The position numbers and the translations under genes were made by a program. Of a stretch of 64,000 nucleotides of DNA, positions 59,608 through 64,000 are shown one piece after another (within the stretch, counting starts at the first letter, position 1; every line of letters begins with the position of its first letter). This stretch comes from Candidatus Omnitrophota bacterium. Its GTDB lineage: Bacteria; Omnitrophota; Gorgyraeia; Tantalellales; Tantalellaceae. The DNA lies in the NCBI GenBank assembly GCA_024277375.1, contig JAJRVD010000041.1:2323-66322 (forward strand), given 5' to 3'. The notes under the pieces are model-generated. The model had not been told where the DNA came from. It worked only from the letters and a program-made list of their open reading frames with translations, and ran no database searches.

Positions 59608-61653
59608 ATGAAAATAAGCTACAACTGGATAAAAGAATACGTAAAGTTAAAAGCGAATTCCGAGGAACTCGCGAAAGGTCTTACTATGTCCGGTTCGGAA
59701 GTGGAGGGCATAGAGTCGCGTGAAGGCGACCAGATCATGGGCTTGGAAATTACTTCCAACCGGCCCGATTGCCTTAATATGGTAGGCATGGCAAGAGAAG
59801 CTTCGGCGGTTTTTGATGTGGACTTACGGCTTCCCGATATGGGTATCGCGCCCGCGGTAGCCGCCCCGGGCGGCCCCGAAGTGGAATGCGTGATTAAAAA
59901 TACAGATTTATGTCCGAAGTATACCGCCAGGATCATATCGGGTGTTAATGTTTCTCCGGGTGAGGGCAAAATATCCGAAAGGATACAGTCTCTGGGCGTG
60001 CGTCCGGTAAACAATATAGTAGACATTACTAATTTTTGTCTGATGGAGTCAGGCCAGCCGTTACACGCGTTTGACCTGGATAAGATAAAAGGTGAGAAGA
60101 TAATTATTCGTGAAGCGACTGACGGAGAAAAAATAACGACCATTGACGGGATCGAAAGAAAGCTTAACAAGGGCATGCTTGTGATCGCGGATGAGTCGGA
60201 CCCGATAGCCATAGCGGGTATAATGGGCGGCAAAAATACTGAAGTTACCGAAACCACCAGAAATATCCTTTTGGAAAGCGCGTATTTTGAGCCGATATCC
60301 ATACGCCGGACGGGTAGAGTATTGGCGCTTTCGAGTGATTCCAGCTATCGGTTTGAGCGCGGTGTTGATAGAGGTATGATAAACGCGGCTTCTGACAGGG
60401 CGACAGCTCTCATAGTTTCTGAAGCGGGCGGGACAATACATGACTTTTATGAAGAGGGTAACCTTACGGCGGAGAAAGTGTCAATAGACCTGGATGTAGA
60501 CCGCGCGGGAAATACGCTTGGTATTCTTCTCGGAAAAGATCAGGTAATGCACATACTGCAGAGACTGGGGATGGAAGTCGAAGATGAAGGTATGTCCAAG
60601 ATAAAAGTAATCGTGCCGACGTTTCGGGAAGACCTCCAAAAAGAAATAGATCTCGTTGAAGAGATCGCGCGAATTTACGGGTACGATAAAATACCGACAA
60701 CAGTCGCCAGGATCGTTCCGCAGATCGTGAGAAAGGAATACTCTCGGCGTGTAATAGAAAAATTACATGAAGTTCTTCCTTCGGCGGGATTGAACGAGAT
60801 AATGACTTATAGTTTAATAAGCGAAGCGGCCGTTCAAAGACACGCGGCCATTACTAAAGATCCGGTCGAGTTGGCAAACCCGTTATCGGAAGACCAGAAA
60901 ATATTAACGCCACAGCTGTTAGACGGGATGCTAAAATCCATTTCCTGGAATATAAACAGGAACAATAAAGACCTGGGCCTCTTCGAGATCGGGAAAATTT
61001 ACTCTAAAGGAAGCGGGAAAGAAAAATTTATTGAAACACCTGCTTTATGTGTAGCGTTGTCGGGTGTTCTGAGAAAGAATTGGTCGGAAGACGCGCGCGA
61101 AGCTCACCTGTATGATCTCAAAGGTGTAATAGAGCTCGTTTTCCGTAAGATGTCTATCTCGGCCGGTTTTAAAAAGACAAACATTGAGGGGTTAAAAGCG
61201 GCCACCGAAGTAAGGCTTGACGGGGAAAAAGAAAGTATTGGGTTCATGGGTGCGGTTGATAAACCCCTGTTGAACCAGTATAACATAGAGCAACCCGTTT
61301 TTATCGCGCAAATAAAACTGGATAAAGTTATAGAGAAAGCCACCTTAGCTACACGTTATCGGGCTATTCCCCGATTCCCGTTTTCGTCGAGAGATATATC
61401 CATCCTTTGTGACGAGGCCCTTGCCTCCTCAGAGATATACAACATTCTTTCCTCTTCGGCGGAAGAGATCATCCGCGGTGTTGAATTGGTGGATACGTAT
61501 GAAGGCAAACAGATAGAAGCCGGCAAAAAAAGTCTTACATATAGTGTTAAGTACGGACTGGACACGCGTACTTTAACAGACGAAGAGATCGATCCCGTTC
61601 ATTCTAAAATAAAAGATACTTTACAAAAAAAATTAGGCGTCTCCTTTCGATAG
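59608..61653 (+). CDS. pheT: Phenylalanine--tRNA ligase beta subunit (short form)
   Basis: MKISYNWIKEYV... N-terminus with the B3/4 and B5 domains. ATG at 59608; the ORF track starts at GTG 59590. Confidence 0.95.
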   Translation: MKISYNWIKEYVKLKANSEELAKGLTMSGSEVEGIESREGDQIMGLEITSNRPDCLNMVGMAREASAVFDVDLRLPDMGIAPAVAAPGGPEVECVIKNTDLCPKYTARIISGVNVSPGEGKISERIQSLGVRPVNNIVDITNFCLMESGQPLHAFDLDKIKGEKIIIREATDGEKITTIDGIERKLNKGMLVIADESDPIAIAGIMGGKNTEVTETTRNILLESAYFEPISIRRTGRVLALSSDSSYRFERGVDRGMINAASDRATALIVSEAGGTIHDFYEEGNLTAEKVSIDLDVDRAGNTLGILLGKDQVMHILQRLGMEVEDEGMSKIKVIVPTFREDLQKEIDLVEEIARIYGYDKIPTTVARIVPQIVRKEYSRRVIEKLHEVLPSAGLNEIMTYSLISEAAVQRHAAITKDPVELANPLSEDQKILTPQLLDGMLKSISWNINRNNKDLGLFEIGKIYSKGSGKEKFIETPALCVALSGVLRKNWSEDAREAHLYDLKGVIELVFRKMSISAGFKKTNIEGLKAATEVRLDGEKESIGFMGAVDKPLLNQYNIEQPVFIAQIKLDKVIEKATLATRYRAIPRFPFSSRDISILCDEALASSEIYNILSSSAEEIIRGVELVDTYEGKQIEAGKKSLTYSVKYGLDTRTLTDEEIDPVHSKIKDTLQKKLGVSFR

Positions 61654-61662
61654 CGTAGGAGC

Positions 61663-61695
61663 GGCCTCCGGCCGCTTATTTATCGCAAGACCTTG
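61663..61695 (+). terminator. Intrinsic terminator hairpin of the GTAGGAGCGGCCTCCGGCCGC family
   Basis: GTAGGAGCGGCCTCCGGCCGCTTATTTATCG lies after the pheT stop. Similar hairpins follow atpB (41503-41521) and atpI (44268-44290) and occur near 20160. Confidence 0.5.
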
Positions 61696-61873
61696 CGGGC
61701 ACAGAGACGAAGTGATATAATCTAGTTAACACTTCCTGTCGAATTTGTGAAGCGGAACGCAGAATTGGGCCAACACTTTAATATCGGGAATCTAACTTCG
61801 GGAATTTTTAAAAAATTGTCGAGAGGGTACCCACCTGGGAATACCAGGCCACCAATTCTCTTTTCGTGCACGG

Positions 61874-61908
61874 TTTGATGGTTCTAGGGCCGGATTTATC
61901 CGGCCCTT
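61874..61908 (+). terminator. Intrinsic terminator (GGGCCGGATttatcCGGCCC followed by TTTTTATTT)
   Basis: GC stem with a T-rich tail; it may end a short transcript initiated near 61723 (TGATATAAT). Confidence 0.5.
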
Positions 61909-62242
61909 TTTATTTCTGACTCCAGGAGGGTATGGTATGTTCCTACCAGGCATAGCCTGTACGGAACATACCATACCCTCCTGTGAACAGAATACATTAG
62001 GAACACGGATAAAGCTCTATGGGGAGGGGAAAAATAGGTACGAGCCATCTTTGGGGCCAGGCCCCAAAGGGCCACCCCTGAGCACAAAAAAAGAGCATAT
62101 TTTACGATTTTTATGTTTGCTGAGGTTCTGGGGGAGAGTCGCTTTGTCATCCCGACCGGAGCGAATGGATCTATTTCATTAGAGATCCTTCCCTGAAACC
62201 CTCTGGTTTCAGGATGACAAGGCTAATACAACAAACGCAAAT

Positions 62243-63553
62243 ATGGATTTTTTTGAGCAGGCAAAAACTAAAATGAAAACCACTATACCTCTTTCGGCGA
62301 GGATGTGCCCCGAAGCCTTAGAAGACTTTTTCGGCCAAAAGCACATAATTGGCGAAGGCAAACTCTTAAAGAGAGCGATAGAGGCGGACAGGATCAGTTC
62401 TGTTATCTTTTACGGTCCTCCAGGTATAGGTAAAACCGCCCTGGCAGTCGTTATATCTAAAACGACAGGCGCACAATTCATTAAACGCAATGCCGTCTCC
62501 AGCAATGTCTCAGATATAAGAAAAGTAATAGAAACAGCCAAAAAACAGAGAGAATTTCAGGGAAAAAAGACTATATTGCTCTTAGACGAGATCCACAGGT
62601 TCAATAAAGCACAGCAGGATGTGCTTCTTCCGGAGGTAGAAGGTGGGAATCTTATATTAGTAGGCACAACAACAGAAAACCCATATTTTTCCGTTAATTC
62701 CGCGCTTATATCGAGAAGTCAGGTGTTTGAATTTAAACCTCTGGAAGAAGAAGATATTCTCCGGGCTTTAAACAAGGCTCTTCGCAACGAGGAAAAAGGT
62801 TTTGGAAAGACGAAAGTTCACGCGGATGAGGAGGCCTTACGTCACCTCGCGAAAATTTCCGATGGGGACCTTCGTAAAGCGTTAGGTGCTTTGGAAATAG
62901 CCGTTCTTACAACTCTGCCTGACAAGAACGGAACGGTCAACCTTACGTTAAAAGAAGCGGAAGAATCCATACAGAAAAAAGCCATAGTATACGATAGGGA
63001 TGGTGACGCGCATTATGATGTTGCCTCGGCCTATATAAAAAGTATGAGAGGAACGGACCCTGACGCGGCACTTTACTGGCTCGCGAAAATGATAGTTGCG
63101 GGAGAAGATCCGCGGTTTGTCGCGAGACGTCTTGTTATATGCGCCTCGGAAGACGTCGGGAACGCCGACCCCCAGGCGCTTGTAGTGGCAAACGCGGCAA
63201 TGCAGGCATCTGATTTTGTCGGGTTTCCCGAAGCGCGGATACTTTTGGCACAGGCAACGGTTTATGTCGCGTGCGCCCCGAAAAGCAATGCTTCATATAT
63301 GGCTATTGATAAAGCGATAAGTGATGTTGAAAAAGAAAGAACGCAGGAAGTCCCGGAGGCCCTTAAGGACGCGAGTTACCCCGGCGCTAAAAAATTAGGA
63401 CACGGTGAAGGATACAAGTACGCGCATTCTTATGACAATCATCATGTGAAACAAGATTACACGCGAAATAAAAAGAAATATTATATCCCGACAAATATGG
63501 GGTATGAGAAGAGGATCAAAGAGTGGCTCGAGAAACTGAACCCCAGATCCTAG
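62243..63553 (+). CDS. rarA: Replication-associated recombination protein A (RarA/MgsA, AAA+ ATPase)
   Basis: Walker A GPPGIGKTALA plus the C-terminal MgsA domain, 436 aa. Confidence 0.93.
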   Translation: MDFFEQAKTKMKTTIPLSARMCPEALEDFFGQKHIIGEGKLLKRAIEADRISSVIFYGPPGIGKTALAVVISKTTGAQFIKRNAVSSNVSDIRKVIETAKKQREFQGKKTILLLDEIHRFNKAQQDVLLPEVEGGNLILVGTTTENPYFSVNSALISRSQVFEFKPLEEEDILRALNKALRNEEKGFGKTKVHADEEALRHLAKISDGDLRKALGALEIAVLTTLPDKNGTVNLTLKEAEESIQKKAIVYDRDGDAHYDVASAYIKSMRGTDPDAALYWLAKMIVAGEDPRFVARRLVICASEDVGNADPQALVVANAAMQASDFVGFPEARILLAQATVYVACAPKSNASYMAIDKAISDVEKERTQEVPEALKDASYPGAKKLGHGEGYKYAHSYDNHHVKQDYTRNKKKYYIPTNMGYEKRIKEWLEKLNPRS

Positions 63554-63560
63554 ATATCTG

Positions 63561-63616
63561 CAGGGGTTCGATCCATCGAACCCGATATAAACGGGCTTGA
63601 TAAATCAAGCCCCTAC
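63561..63616. repeat. Partial MITE-like repeat, copy 12
   Basis: CAGGGGTTCGATCCATCGAACCCGATATAAACGGGCTTGATAAATCAAGCCCCTACAACG. Confidence 0.6.
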
Positions 63617-63630
63617 AACGATATATAATT

Positions 63631-64000
63631 ATGAAAGAACAGGGAATAGTAATAGAAATAACGGATAGTGAGGCGACTATCCGAATTAACGCGCATGAGG
63701 CGTGTACCAAATGCTGTAGCTGTAAGGGTAAAGACGATCAAACGATCACAATAAGCGGCAAAAAAAGGGAAGGCCTCAATGTCGGGGACAATGTCGAGGT
63801 GGATATAGAAGAAGGCTCCATGCTGAGGGTTTATTCTCTCCTTTATGCCGTGCCTCTGGTGGTATTTGTGGTCGCCATACTTACCTTATATAGCGTCTTA
63901 AGCTCTCCGATCTTAAGTTTCATGGGCGCTATCGCCTTCGTAGTCGTAACATATTTTATTGTAAGCCGTTACATAAAAAAACTCTCCGATCTGGCTCCAA
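63631..64000 (+). CDS. RseC/MucC-family (SoxR-reducing system component-like) small membrane protein, 3' end beyond the window
   Basis: MKEQGIVIEITDSEATIRINAHEACTKCCSCKGKDDQTITISG... followed by two TM helices; no stop within the window. Confidence 0.5.
   Translation, partial: MKEQGIVIEITDSEATIRINAHEACTKCCSCKGKDDQTITISGKKREGLNVGDNVEVDIEEGSMLRVYSLLYAVPLVVFVVAILTLYSVLSSPILSFMGAIAFVVVTYFIVSRYIKKLSDLAP

Noticed and set aside
59532-59723. 63-aa ORF MGRSPKPTKSQTPTKSQT...
   Set aside because: It is a translation of the tandem 16-bp hairpin repeat and overlaps the pheT start.

Overview
This 64-kb window looks like the chromosomal replication-origin neighbourhood of a bacterium. The gene order is gyrA-gyrB-DUF721-dnaN-dnaA on the minus strand, then a DnaA-box-rich oriC candidate, then rpmH-rnpA-yidD-yidC-jag on the plus strand. 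The standard genetic code is in use, with TAG, TAA and TGA all serving as stops. A DUF1559 prepilin-like protein, a V/A-type ATPase and two giant proteins point to a PVC-superphylum or Omnitrophota-like lineage, but this is inference only. Most of the rest is housekeeping: a complete Bacillus-style pyrR-pyrBCKDFE operon with a PyrR attenuator, a V/A-type ATPase operon in the Chlamydia/spirochaete-type order (E-DUF-A-B-D-I-K), glmS, ndk, yicC, gmk, rpoZ, coaC and coaB, thrS, infC-rpmI-rplT, ktrB and ktrA, pheST, rarA and six tRNAs. The non-housekeeping content is as follows. (1) Downstream of parAB lie two tandem paralogous giant ORFs of 2298 and 1040 aa, rich in Lys and Glu, with a signal anchor, tandem ~36-aa Trp repeats, several degenerate GNAT acetyltransferase folds and a long HEAT-like repeat array. 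(2) A ~115-160 bp MITE-like element with terminal inverted repeats and two internal hairpins is present in at least 12 copies; all are intergenic, many sit inside operons, and some supply spurious N-terminal extensions to ORFs. (3) A second, ~45-bp GGGGACAGTCC hairpin element occurs three times, once inserted in frame into pyrK. (4) A PAS-GGDEF(degenerate)-HD-GYP protein carries an N-terminus resembling an integrase arm-type DNA-binding domain. (5) rsmI has an in-frame TAG, and coaBC is split by a single in-frame TAA. (6) infC starts at ATT. (7) A perfect 16-bp parS-like palindrome and GTGCCCA inverted repeats lie in a 1.2-kb non-coding stretch upstream of parA. No CRISPR array and no rRNA genes are present.
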